Positions 28,701 through 37,371 of a stretch of 64,000 nucleotides of DNA are shown here, piece by piece (positions within the stretch are counted from its first letter, which is position 1; each line of letters begins with the position of its first letter). A program made the position numbers and the translations under genes. Source of the DNA: a virus (taxonomy: Duplodnaviria; Heunggongvirae; Uroviricota; Caudoviricetes); the IMG/VR virus record IMGVR_UViG_3300035515_000158, one strand, 5' to 3'. The notes below the pieces were generated by a model that saw only the letters and a list, made by a program, of their open reading frames with translations, had not been told where the DNA came from and did no database searches.

Positions 28701-29255
28701 TTCAATGAAGACTATCAGGCATATCTCGATGAACAAGAGTATAAAGATGAAATTAAATTACTGGATGAATTGAATGATAATCAAATTATTGGTGACAATG
28801 AAGATGAGTATTATTTCAATATTGATAAATTAATTTCTATTGATAAAAATGGAGAAGTTACAGAAATGACCAATCCAAGTTCAAGATTAACTGTTAAGGA
28901 TGGAACATATGTTGGTTGGTCTTATGATGATCCACTCAATTTAACACAGTTCCAAAAGATATGTGTTAACTTTAGTTCAAATCAAGATGGTATTTCATTA
29001 GTCATACGTTCAAAAACAAATGATGGTAATAATCATGATTGTGTATATACTCTTGCAAAACATGACACCACAGATTCAGATGAATACAATAATTTAATGA
29101 TTGACCTAAATATAGAAGAACTCATTAATGATAATCCAGATGTTGATTTCCAAAATGTTAAATATATTTTATTCACTACACCAAATAAAGGTGGTAAGAG
29201 TGAGTTTGATATTGATATTGTATATTTGGCTTATGATAATGGATTTGTTGATTGA
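25746..29255 (+). CDS. Large baseplate/structural protein (gp7-like wedge region plus PKD-like domains)
   Basis: 1169 aa; YIGSYKALLNVIKFFGY; GYYDVYMTI and GLYSVSLTLYD Ig/PKD-like motifs; synteny with gp25 and gp6. Confidence 0.55.
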   Translation: MEVKNLHFFDNSGYELNFEWNENLSSWEGNVYLPKVSLGLYSNTTIYILEEIQETVEYGEFEKHKEETTSRFVFPRRTKNTGDDKLMIQWDVLNEYVDEFFMFTFDETYRPTETSALTFTPNDGPSCETLLLNRFDTYEIPLDGTTLDSEDCDTPIPIHVAFSSPDQYNATTFKRSLIIYYDHKEIARITFYAETVEEDERLKIWNHNLGYNITKDDALLFYDADIKEGKPDYMLLNQKRKELLIEGHNIYPYIGSYKALLNVIKFFGYNNLNIIEFWKNINPDDDGFGKVYISKKYTLSEDGCVHLKNTEIKLPNKNYTKLNKLALSYTINTPTTEVDLYELPYIKESFTYTIEEVLVKLFALCQKLNKEFLPLNTRIIDIMGEGSYFGIQLFKNGFSYSTVEYDRDETQVSIDCYPSSIVHISDDQYFNDYILRKKSEKSNSRVETETILNSIKDVTLADFDNFNEQIITTTDINTLGLSESKKCELYKEYYNRLTYTFRETEDIVDNDIYDSVPPEILDQPVTSPGAENEDYNITIAPMNKLGTGISAKVILTNTTFENMTFDDFQCAFMFVGQSFDSTVGTSDFQYDYEYSVRTNEDGSYAYNTNDLNHGQKQKIKTMIEWKVIFSDDQDDDDLKDAERAEYYNTVKELYEETNDPVLEGLLDWTPRLNEVLEEQNRTMYQPKNEKGDEGMVTKKFSAVKYGTSTEMNSVLFELPYTGYYDVYMTILKYAVDDEGKIINSNVPVNGYEPHVFKKYIKVEPYNVDIRGFYYDARDIVKNSHNSYFDNYYDDESANGYEDLILRKIDEFTKFALEDINRFDTISDYGYDLTVVRNPSKNRDIYHIGDGPYGKGNFKSADYYIQDRVLVLDNIDDDIVKLIPNLNTAKKARYIKNGVDVKPYTWIFLTFDFSKIVHRSRPVWTLINKSTKSKITYTGKYFTCLLRNEGLYSVSLTLYDENNNEYSTTRNLIVVDNQANYKLYTPFNEDYQAYLDEQEYKDEIKLLDELNDNQIIGDNEDEYYFNIDKLISIDKNGEVTEMTNPSSRLTVKDGTYVGWSYDDPLNLTQFQKICVNFSSNQDGISLVIRSKTNDGNNHDCVYTLAKHDTTDSDEYNNLMIDLNIEELINDNPDVDFQNVKYILFTTPNKGGKSEFDIDIVYLAYDNGFVD

Positions 29256-29292
29256 TAATAACATAAATAACTATATAAATTAATTTATAAAA

Positions 29293-29934
29293 ATGGCAGA
29301 CATTTACAATAATGAAGATGACACTTTACTGGTTCCAGAAGTTCCGGTTGATGTCAATACCGCAGATGTAGTTCCTGAATTACCTTTACCTGCGGTAGAA
29401 CCTGAATGTTGTGGAGAGGCTGGTCTTGTTGCTGACTGTGCTCCAACCATTGAATCTTTCTTTGGAACATTACAGGAAGCAGTTACAATTATTTGGAGAT
29501 ATCATTTGAAAACATCCAAATATTCATATCATCAAACACTACATGAATTATATCATGACATTCTTTGGAAAGTTGATAGACTTATTGAACTATACCAAGG
29601 AATACATGGTTTGGTTAATGACTATATAAATGTTATCATTCCTTGTGGTAAATCTGAAACTGTTTATCTCAGTGAACTACGAGATTTCATTAGAGTTTCA
29701 AGAGAATCATTAATCCCTAAAACTGAAACAGAATTGTGGTCATTGATTGATGATTTACTTTCTTCGATTGATAGTGCCAAGTATAAGATTGACACATTTG
29801 TAGAATCACCCATTAAAACTTTTGAATCATTCTGTTATGAAAATCTAAATTCTCTTAATGAATGTGGTTGTAATGGTGATGACTGTGATTACACTGATGA
29901 TGAAATCACAGATGAAGATGAGGAAGAAGAATAA
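29293..29934 (+). CDS. Ferritin/Dps-like four-helix protein (DUF5856-like)
   Basis: YHLKTSKYSYHQTLHELY...VDRLIELYQG. Confidence 0.6.
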   Translation: MADIYNNEDDTLLVPEVPVDVNTADVVPELPLPAVEPECCGEAGLVADCAPTIESFFGTLQEAVTIIWRYHLKTSKYSYHQTLHELYHDILWKVDRLIELYQGIHGLVNDYINVIIPCGKSETVYLSELRDFIRVSRESLIPKTETELWSLIDDLLSSIDSAKYKIDTFVESPIKTFESFCYENLNSLNECGCNGDDCDYTDDEITDEDEEEE

Positions 29935-29955
29935 AAAAAATCCTATTATAAACAG

Positions 29956-29990
29956 AAAATCCAGAGATGTTTAAGTCTCTGGATTTTTTT
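29956..29990. terminator. Bidirectional terminator
   Basis: AAAATCCAGAGA/TCTCTGGATTTT between convergent genes. Confidence 0.8.
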
Positions 29991-30555
29991 ATATTCTTGA
30001 AGGTTCTAAAACAATATCAACTTTATTGGCCTTCCATGTTGTATTAAATAGTTTTTGGTCAATTTCATTTGAACTATAATCAAATTCAAGACCATCAATT
30101 CCGGTAAATAACAAATCTTCAAATGTAACTCGATAAACAACTCTGTCATACATATCTAATATCTCCATACCCGGAGGTTTAGGTAGATACTTTTCTTTTA
30201 TGACATAGTAATGGATGAATAAGTCACATAGAATAAACCAAATTAAATACATTGAATCCAACTGAAATGCAATGGTCATATCCTTCTTCCATAGGAAATC
30301 AGGAACTGCATCAGAACGAGATATACGACCATATGGGGTTGCTCTATCTACTTGTTCAATAGGTTCATAATTATTTGGATTAACTTGTAACTGAACATTC
30401 TTTATTGAAAAGTTAATAAAATCAATTACAGTTTCACACATACACCCCGGAATTGTTTTTAGTAAAGGTGTATATTTCTTTTCAATTTCTTCAGGAACGA
30501 AAATCTTAGGAAAATGAAATTTAAAGTTGTTATTCTTTCCACTTAAAAAAGCCAT
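29989..30555 (-). CDS. Tail tube-fold protein, gp3/gp19-like
   Basis: NNFKFHFP...EILDMYDRVVYRVTFEDLLFTGIDGLEFDY; late promoter at 30579. Confidence 0.55.
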   Translation of the reverse strand: MAFLSGKNNNFKFHFPKIFVPEEIEKKYTPLLKTIPGCMCETVIDFINFSIKNVQLQVNPNNYEPIEQVDRATPYGRISRSDAVPDFLWKKDMTIAFQLDSMYLIWFILCDLFIHYYVIKEKYLPKPPGMEILDMYDRVVYRVTFEDLLFTGIDGLEFDYSSNEIDQKLFNTTWKANKVDIVLEPSRI

Positions 30556-30581
30556 CTATATAAAATCACATATATAGATAT

Positions 30582-31145
30582 TTATGAAGCTTTTACAATG
30601 TGGACTTTCATATTTAGTTTTTCTCCCATATCTTTGACCTCTTTTAAGTTATCCATATTGTCATCAAAGAAAATCAAAGTCTTATAACCATAATTAGCTA
30701 ATGTTTGAATACACTTGGCCTTTTTCTCAGCAACTGAACAATCTGAAGTATCATCACCAGTAGCGAATATTAAATCAGGGTGTATATCAATATCTGCCTT
30801 CTTTAAGAAAAATGAGTGTATCATTCTTTTATTAGAACGAGCGGTTAGAATTGAAATATGAACTCCTTTACGGTACTCTCTTTCCATTGTGTGAAAATAT
30901 GGTTTCAACTCGGCCTCCATTAATTTATTGAGGTCAGTAAATTCATCATATCTAAATGATTCACCTTTTTGTAGTTTATATTCATTATATTCTTGTGAAT
31001 CCAGTTTTCTTACAATCTTATTATTTTTTACAACGAAAACTTTCGCATCTGATTTGATTAGTGTATCATCAATATCAAATACAATTACTTTATCAGAACT
31101 CTTTCCTCTGATAAGAAAGTTTTCAAATGTCATTACATACTTCAT
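30582..31145 (-). CDS. HAD-superfamily phosphatase
   Basis: FDIDDTL, ILTARS, K, FFDD motifs I-IV. Confidence 0.8.
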   Translation of the reverse strand: MKYVMTFENFLIRGKSSDKVIVFDIDDTLIKSDAKVFVVKNNKIVRKLDSQEYNEYKLQKGESFRYDEFTDLNKLMEAELKPYFHTMEREYRKGVHISILTARSNKRMIHSFFLKKADIDIHPDLIFATGDDTSDCSVAEKKAKCIQTLANYGYKTLIFFDDNMDNLKEVKDMGEKLNMKVHIVKAS

Positions 31146-31180
31146 CTAACTAAAATTTAACTATTTATAACTATTTATGA

Positions 31181-31221
31181 GAAAAAACAATGAGTCGAAT
31201 TGTGTTTCACAGTCCGACCCA
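31181..31221 (-). terminator. Hairpin plus U tract downstream of the S1-like gene
   Basis: Minus strand TGGGTCGGACTGTG-AAA-CACAATTCGACTCA then TTGTTTTTT. Confidence 0.6.
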
Positions 31222-31251
31222 TATCTGATATAAATATAACAAAAAATAAGA

Positions 31252-32439
31252 TTATTTCTCCGTTTCCTCTGTTTCCAATCGCAGACGAACTGTTTTCTTT
31301 ACAGTGTCAATACTTTCTACGGGGAGGATAACAGGATTTCCAACCTTCAAGTTTTCAATGTTTACAACCTTACTTGAGAGGAAGAAAGTGATACCATTAA
31401 ATTCCTCAGAAATGATTACCACACCATTTTCAAATAGGTTCTTAACATTACCTTCCAACATATAGTTTTCAGATTTCTCTACGGTTTCTTTAAGTCTGTC
31501 CCAACCTTCTGACTTACTTACAGTTTGTGTGATTGTTACTCGGTCTCCATTAATGTTGTCAATGTAGAATGAGATATTTTCACCAATTTGTAACTTACCT
31601 TCTTTGAACAATGTTTCGGTTTCATCATTCATTTCAGATACAGAAAGTAGAGTAGGAACACATTTATCAATCAGGATAAACACACCAAAATGTTTTACTG
31701 ATGATACAACTCCTTCAACCAACTGATTCTTTTCAACCTCACTAAGACGATTAATTGTAGCAGGTTTAAGAGTATTCAAGTATTCCTTATGTGAAACAAC
31801 AAGACTATCTTTTGACTCAGCAACAGGCATCACATACATACTCTGTCCTACCATTGTTGTGTAGTCATTCAAAGGAACAACATCGGATTCTGTTCCGGGC
31901 ATGAAACATCTAAGACCACTAACATCGACAATAAAACCATTAAAGGTATTCTGTGAGTTATACACAATTTCCTTAATTGTTGCAGTATAAGCAGATGTAG
32001 GTGTCTGAATTTGTTTGATGAGTTCTTGTTTAAGTCTTTCCATTTGAGCTGACTTAGAAGAAGCATCAGCTACAATTTCACCATTACGACGTGAAACTAC
32101 AACATCAATCTTATTACCAACAGTAATAGTATCAATTTTAGGATTTACACCAACTTGAACGGTGTGTTTAGGTGACAATACAATAGTTGCAGTGTCATTA
32201 TGTTCATTATAATTAGTCACAACACCTTCACGAATATTCTTGTATGTTCCAGTTTCATAAGAACTAATTGTGTCCATTACATCAGTAGAACAATACATAT
32301 CATACATCTTCATAGCATCAAAGACATATGGTTCATGACTCATTATTTTACATCTACCCTTTACAGGTACATTTACTTTTTTTGATTTAAGAGGGTTTGA
32401 ATCCTCATAAACTTCAACTACTTGATTATTTATTCTCAT
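31252..32439 (-). CDS. Ribosomal protein bS1-like multi-S1-domain protein
   Basis: GFIVDVSGLRCFMPG..LVVSHK and VEGVVSSVKHFGVFILID S1 repeats. Confidence 0.75.
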   Translation of the reverse strand: MRINNQVVEVYEDSNPLKSKKVNVPVKGRCKIMSHEPYVFDAMKMYDMYCSTDVMDTISSYETGTYKNIREGVVTNYNEHNDTATIVLSPKHTVQVGVNPKIDTITVGNKIDVVVSRRNGEIVADASSKSAQMERLKQELIKQIQTPTSAYTATIKEIVYNSQNTFNGFIVDVSGLRCFMPGTESDVVPLNDYTTMVGQSMYVMPVAESKDSLVVSHKEYLNTLKPATINRLSEVEKNQLVEGVVSSVKHFGVFILIDKCVPTLLSVSEMNDETETLFKEGKLQIGENISFYIDNINGDRVTITQTVSKSEGWDRLKETVEKSENYMLEGNVKNLFENGVVIISEEFNGITFFLSSKVVNIENLKVGNPVILPVESIDTVKKTVRLRLETEETEK

Positions 32440-32443
32440 ATAT

Positions 32444-32456
32444 TAAATATAACAAA
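32444..32456 (-). promoter_or_regulatory. Putative middle promoter 4 nt from the ATG
   Basis: TTTGTTATATTTA-ATAT-ATG. Confidence 0.65.
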
Positions 32457-32505
32457 ATCAATAAAAGTTTGTTCCAATCAAAGACCAGAACAAACTTTAT
32501 TTTCA

Positions 32506-33303
32506 TTAAACTTCTGGATCTACTTCTTCTTGTGTTGTTACTTCATCAGTTTTTTCAAGGTCATCAAAACTAAGGTCATATTCATCTTCAATAGTGTTAA
32601 CCTTAGAACCAAGTTCACGTGTTACCTCATGACTTGCTTGGATACTACGAACGGCCTCTGAAAGTGACTTACCACAATTAGCCCATGTTTCCAAGAAAGA
32701 ACGAGCTTCATAAAAACCATGACCTTCAACTTCCTCAAGGATACTACGCCAAAGTACGAGGATATTTGAAGAACGAAGTTTGATTACATTGTCAAAATCC
32801 TTATCCTTTACCCATTCCTTATTTTCCTCCATATTACGAACAAGAACCATAAGACCGGGTGCTGACTTAGGTGTCCAACGAACTGACTTGTAAAGATAGT
32901 CCATCAAATTCTTATAAGTCTTACGACCTGTGATTTTACCATCTTCAACTTCAGAACCAATTTCAAGATGATATTCACGTTCCTGTTCAGCACGAAGTTC
33001 ATCTTCAAATTGTTTAGTTACTTCATCAAATACAGGTTTCAACTCAGACTTTGTAAATGAAAGTTCAGATACAGTTTCTTTGAGTTGTTCAAGTGCTTTC
33101 TGTGCAGTTTGAAGAACATCATTTTTAATTTGATATTCATTAGTTTCTTCACCATACAGTTTTTCTATTGAAGCGAGGTCACGAGTATGTGCCTCAATTT
33201 CGGCTTCTTTTTTGGTAATTTCTTCACGTGTGGATTTCAATTTACCAATTCTCTCCAATACAGTTTCGAGAGTCAATTCATTTTTTTCTTTTTCTTCACT
33301 CAT
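32506..33303 (-). CDS. Hypothetical coiled-coil protein
   Basis: 265-aa ORF preceded by TTTGTTATTTTTA (33334-33346). Confidence 0.7.
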   Translation of the reverse strand: MSEEKEKNELTLETVLERIGKLKSTREEITKKEAEIEAHTRDLASIEKLYGEETNEYQIKNDVLQTAQKALEQLKETVSELSFTKSELKPVFDEVTKQFEDELRAEQEREYHLEIGSEVEDGKITGRKTYKNLMDYLYKSVRWTPKSAPGLMVLVRNMEENKEWVKDKDFDNVIKLRSSNILVLWRSILEEVEGHGFYEARSFLETWANCGKSLSEAVRSIQASHEVTRELGSKVNTIEDEYDLSFDDLEKTDEVTTQEEVDPEV

Positions 33304-33347
33304 TTTATAACGATAAAATTAAAAATTACAATTTAAAAATAACAAAA

Positions 33348-34367
33348 TTATTTGACATCAACATTAAAAACTTCCTTTAATAATGTTCTATATTTAGGAT
33401 ATATTTCAGTTTCCGTTAAAACTATTTCATCACCAGTATATAATTTTCCAACAGTAACCATACCTGTGTATTTTGATACAAATCCATAACCATTCAAGAC
33501 ATTTCCCCAATTTGTCAATCCAGAACCTAATGATGTATATGATGTTCTGGTCTGTGGTGTATCAGATGTATCAGTGGTTTCTTCAGTATTAGTATTTTCT
33601 TCATTTACAACAGGCTCAGCAGTTGTCATAGTAACCTCAGATAAATCAGTTTGTTCTAATGTTGATTCATTTTGTATTACACTTGTATTCACTGACCGAA
33701 CATTACTTTTTGTTGATTGAAGTAAATCTGATACACCTGTGTGTACTAATGATACATCATTTCCATCCATCAAATCAATTTTACCATCCCAATAATTAAC
33801 AACTTCAAAATATACACCTTCATAACCAGTATCTGGGTCATAACCGGGATTACCATCAACGATAATTGAATTACCATCACTATCAACATATTGGTCAGTG
33901 TATAATTTCAATGAATAGTATTTATCAACTAAATTCATATTAGTATCCTCATCTAATGTAATATCAATCATAGTAACCTCAGCATGGTATAGTCGATTAT
34001 TATACATTACCCAGACACTTTCACCTACATTATAATCACAGTTAATGTTATATCCTTCAGTTCCACTATATGTTCTGGTTTCCAAATATTCACTATATGT
34101 CTTCCCAGTAGATATCAGATTTGTATTATCATACTTATTTTTTACATAAGTACACACATCTTCCTTACTGGTGAATATTTCTTCATCTGTGAATGAAGAT
34201 GTTGTATCACCCCTCATATAATATTTTGTAATCCCTTTATTACTATCTTCACCAGAAGATGTACAACTGATTACCATCTTTTCTATAAAACTCGATTTAG
34301 GTAAGTTATTCCTTAGAAACCATACCTTTTCACCAAGTTTAAATTTTGTTTTTATTATTCTTGCCAT
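33348..34367 (-). CDS. Hypothetical protein with a duplicated SH3-like module
   Basis: KFKLGEKVWF and DYNVGESVWV modules. Confidence 0.55.
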   Translation of the reverse strand: MARIIKTKFKLGEKVWFLRNNLPKSSFIEKMVISCTSSGEDSNKGITKYYMRGDTTSSFTDEEIFTSKEDVCTYVKNKYDNTNLISTGKTYSEYLETRTYSGTEGYNINCDYNVGESVWVMYNNRLYHAEVTMIDITLDEDTNMNLVDKYYSLKLYTDQYVDSDGNSIIVDGNPGYDPDTGYEGVYFEVVNYWDGKIDLMDGNDVSLVHTGVSDLLQSTKSNVRSVNTSVIQNESTLEQTDLSEVTMTTAEPVVNEENTNTEETTDTSDTPQTRTSYTSLGSGLTNWGNVLNGYGFVSKYTGMVTVGKLYTGDEIVLTETEIYPKYRTLLKEVFNVDVK

Positions 34368-34370
34368 TTA

Positions 34371-34847
34371 TTAAAATAAAACTTCTTCTTTCTTCACTGG
34401 TTTAGATTTTTTTGGACTACCTTTTTTTACAATGACTTTACTCTTATTATCAAAGTAATTCATCTTAATCAAATTTAAGGCTTGTTCAACTTCATCTTTA
34501 TTAAATTCATATGCTTCCTCTACTTCACGAATACCACACTCATTAACCTCCATATATTTGTCAATAACACAATCATCATACTTCTCTCTAATAGTTTCCT
34601 TCTTTTTCTTTTGAGTTATTTTCATTCTAAGAAAATTAGGTAAACCATTATAACGAGAAGCAACAATGGCCAATATATTTGAAGTATATAATGGATCTGA
34701 TTCAAGACTATTTAGAGAATCACACAACAAAGGATACTGAGCACTGAAAAGACGTCGTATCATGTAAGCATATTTTCTCTTATCAGTGTCATCTACTACT
34801 CCCGACCTTCTTGAACAAAAGGCACTCAAAACATCATATAGTTCCAT
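34371..34847 (-). CDS. Hypothetical protein, possibly clamp-loader small subunit (gp62-like)
   Basis: YMIRRLFS plus a basic patch resemble gp62 by eye; lies next to RNase H. Confidence 0.35.
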   Translation of the reverse strand: MELYDVLSAFCSRRSGVVDDTDKRKYAYMIRRLFSAQYPLLCDSLNSLESDPLYTSNILAIVASRYNGLPNFLRMKITQKKKKETIREKYDDCVIDKYMEVNECGIREVEEAYEFNKDEVEQALNLIKMNYFDNKSKVIVKKGSPKKSKPVKKEEVLF

Positions 34848-34849
34848 AC

Positions 34850-36031
34850 TTAACCTTTAATAAATGAAAAATCAGTATCCTCGACGTCTTTAACTACGTT
34901 ACTTTTAACCTGAATACTTGTTTTATAATCTTTGAATCTTGACTTTGAGAAAATAAACTCTTTTGTAATCTTAGAAACTACAATAGGTTTCTTTAATTTT
35001 TCTTCCTCAATATTACTGTGCATATTTTCTAACACATCAGTAGGAATACTATCCGGTGTTAAAGATACCAAAGATGTATTAATCTTGATGTTCTCAAACA
35101 ACATTCGTTTCGTAAATTCGTCATCTTTAATCTTAGCGACATCATAAATGACATTACATAAGATTTTAACAGCATCTGAATTTTCATAAATGTGATAATC
35201 AAATTCACAACCCAATTTTTCTTTGAATGAGTTATAAATCTTTTCCACAGTTTTAGTTCCCAATCCCTTACTACGACTTGTTTCGGTAGCAGGTTTATAA
35301 TACACAGGATAAATATTGTCTGAAGTATCACCACCAACAATCTTAGCAAATCTTACGTGTTCAGGGGATACAACTTCAACATCAGTGGTTTCAACAAAAT
35401 TCTGAAATGGATTGTTGTCAATAGAGATTGTAAACAATTCTTCAAATAAGTTTTCTTGTGTAATCTCTTTATGATTTAGTTCATCAATAATGTCCTGAGT
35501 TTCTTGACTCACATAAAGTTTGTTTTGAATAGGAGCATACTGAATAATATGAACATCATTTACACATTTAACCAACTGAGTTAAATCCTTATCAGTAGAG
35601 AATATCAAAGTGGATTTACCCTCTTCAAAAAGGTTATTACTCCAAGCTGATATTAAGTCATCACCTTCACTTCTTTCAACCTGACTAACTTTTACACCCA
35701 TATTAACAAGAGTGTCAGTGAAATTATTGATTACAGTAGAGAAACCATTTCTATCAATGTTATCTTGATTTTTCTTACGATTTCCCTTATACTCTTGTTG
35801 AAGAAGTAGGTCTTTACGCCAAGAATGACTGTCCTTAACAAAAACAATGTCATTCACAATAGGGTTCATTTGTTTCGCAACCGAACAAAAATCAACCATT
35901 AATTTTTTTTCATAAGAGTCCATATCTTTCTTTGATGTCAAGAATTTGGATTTAGAACCTTGTTTGAAAGTTGACCAAAGACAACGAAAGAAAAAATTAT
36001 GTCCATCTATTAGTAATGTAAATCTTTTCAT
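34850..36031 (-). CDS. rnh: T4 RNase H-like 5'-3' exonuclease/flap endonuclease
   Basis: LIDGHN, SWRK, YKGNRK, EGDDLI, STDKDLTQL, GDTSDNI. Confidence 0.9.
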   Translation of the reverse strand: MKRFTLLIDGHNFFFRCLWSTFKQGSKSKFLTSKKDMDSYEKKLMVDFCSVAKQMNPIVNDIVFVKDSHSWRKDLLLQQEYKGNRKKNQDNIDRNGFSTVINNFTDTLVNMGVKVSQVERSEGDDLISAWSNNLFEEGKSTLIFSTDKDLTQLVKCVNDVHIIQYAPIQNKLYVSQETQDIIDELNHKEITQENLFEELFTISIDNNPFQNFVETTDVEVVSPEHVRFAKIVGGDTSDNIYPVYYKPATETSRSKGLGTKTVEKIYNSFKEKLGCEFDYHIYENSDAVKILCNVIYDVAKIKDDEFTKRMLFENIKINTSLVSLTPDSIPTDVLENMHSNIEEEKLKKPIVVSKITKEFIFSKSRFKDYKTSIQVKSNVVKDVEDTDFSFIKG

Positions 36032-36035
36032 ATCC

Positions 36036-36048
36036 TAAACATAACAAA
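36036..36048 (-). promoter_or_regulatory. Putative middle promoter 4 nt from the ATG
   Basis: TTTGTTATGTTTA-GGAT-ATG. Confidence 0.65.
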
Positions 36049-36050
36049 AA

Positions 36051-36749
36051 TCACAAATATTGATAAGTAGTAATCAATCGTATATTAGGTTTACATCTAT
36101 TGATAATTTTAGGAAATGATAACAAATACTCAACAATATTTTTATCCAAAGAATTTAGAGTATTAATATTATTATGAACAAACATTTCAATATATGATAC
36201 ATACTCATCAAAAGTAAAATCAATATTAAAAACTCGTTCTAAATATGAATTTGGTATAATCTCATCAAACATCATCACTTTATTTAACATATCTATAATC
36301 TCCATTTCAAACATATCATAAAGTCTGAATTCAATTACATCAATGTTATATATTAAAGAAATTGATTCTCGTTGAGCATCAGGATCATTATTATCCAGTA
36401 ACTTATAAGCATCATACACATTTTCATCATCAGTAAAAACCAATGTCACATATTTAAGGTGTGTAAACGTTTTTAATATGACACCAAAACCACAGAAGAA
36501 CTTAGTATCAATGTCATGGTCTTTACAAAAATTAAGGATTGTCAAAAAACTCGAAAATAAATCAATAGTAGGGATTTGGTGATAATCTTTATATCCGGAA
36601 AGATGACTATCAACAAATGTCTTAAAACAACCAAACGCTTCATCTTGAACAGGACAATTAACAGTCATTGTATGTACTTGTTCAATACGTCTTATGACAC
36701 TATCAGGTTCTCCCTTAGTGTATCTATCTAAACTTTCATTATTCTCCAT
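36051..36749 (-). CDS. Hypothetical protein (start re-assigned to MENNES)
   Basis: The middle motif at 36781-36793 lies upstream of the ATG at 36749; this start removes the overlap with the gp4-like gene. Confidence 0.6.
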   Translation of the reverse strand: MENNESLDRYTKGEPDSVIRRIEQVHTMTVNCPVQDEAFGCFKTFVDSHLSGYKDYHQIPTIDLFSSFLTILNFCKDHDIDTKFFCGFGVILKTFTHLKYVTLVFTDDENVYDAYKLLDNNDPDAQRESISLIYNIDVIEFRLYDMFEMEIIDMLNKVMMFDEIIPNSYLERVFNIDFTFDEYVSYIEMFVHNNINTLNSLDKNIVEYLLSFPKIINRCKPNIRLITTYQYL

Positions 36750-36801
36750 AAATACTAATATGTAATATAAATAATTACTATAAAAATAACAAATCTGTTC
36801 A

Positions 36802-37293
36802 GTGGCAGGAATCAAAGACTTAAAACCTAAAAAATTTGGGTTATTCAAACAAGGTTATTATACTCCAACATATCCACAGAAGTATAAGACAAATACAAAA
36901 CAAATAATTTATCGTTCTTCTTGGGAATTTAAATTATGTAAATGGTTTGATTTAACTCCTGAAGTAATAGAATGGGCTTCCGAACCAATATCAATTAAAT
37001 ATTTTTATTCAGTTGACCAAAGGATGCATACTTACTATCCTGACTTTTACTTTGCTTATAAAAAACCCGATGGTAGAATAATAAAATATATTGTTGAATG
37101 TAAACCTTCACAACAATTAGTTAAACCTCAAGAACCTAAAAGAAGAACACCTAACACTATTAAGAATTATAATTATCTTATGGAGTGTTACTTAAAGAAT
37201 AGTTGTAAAAGGACTTATGCTAAGAAGTGGTGTGAAGATAATAATTATGTTTTTGTTTATGTCACTGAAAAGTCTAATTTAAACTTCATTTAG
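36802..37293 (+). CDS. Head completion nuclease, gp4-like (TnsA-type fold)
   Basis: PQKY..IIYRSSWE..WASEP..YYPDF..VECKP. Confidence 0.85.
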   Translation: MAGIKDLKPKKFGLFKQGYYTPTYPQKYKTNTKQIIYRSSWEFKLCKWFDLTPEVIEWASEPISIKYFYSVDQRMHTYYPDFYFAYKKPDGRIIKYIVECKPSQQLVKPQEPKRRTPNTIKNYNYLMECYLKNSCKRTYAKKWCEDNNYVFVYVTEKSNLNFI

Positions 37294-37371
37294 ATATTAT
37301 TTATATGATATAACAAACGGTCTACTTTTTTTAGACATTTACTACAAACTAATAAATATAACAATTTTTTA

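Noticed and set aside
36750-36848. N-terminal extension of the 265-aa minus-strand ORF
   Set aside because: It overlaps the gp4-like gene and spans the promoter motifs; ATG 36749 is the better start.
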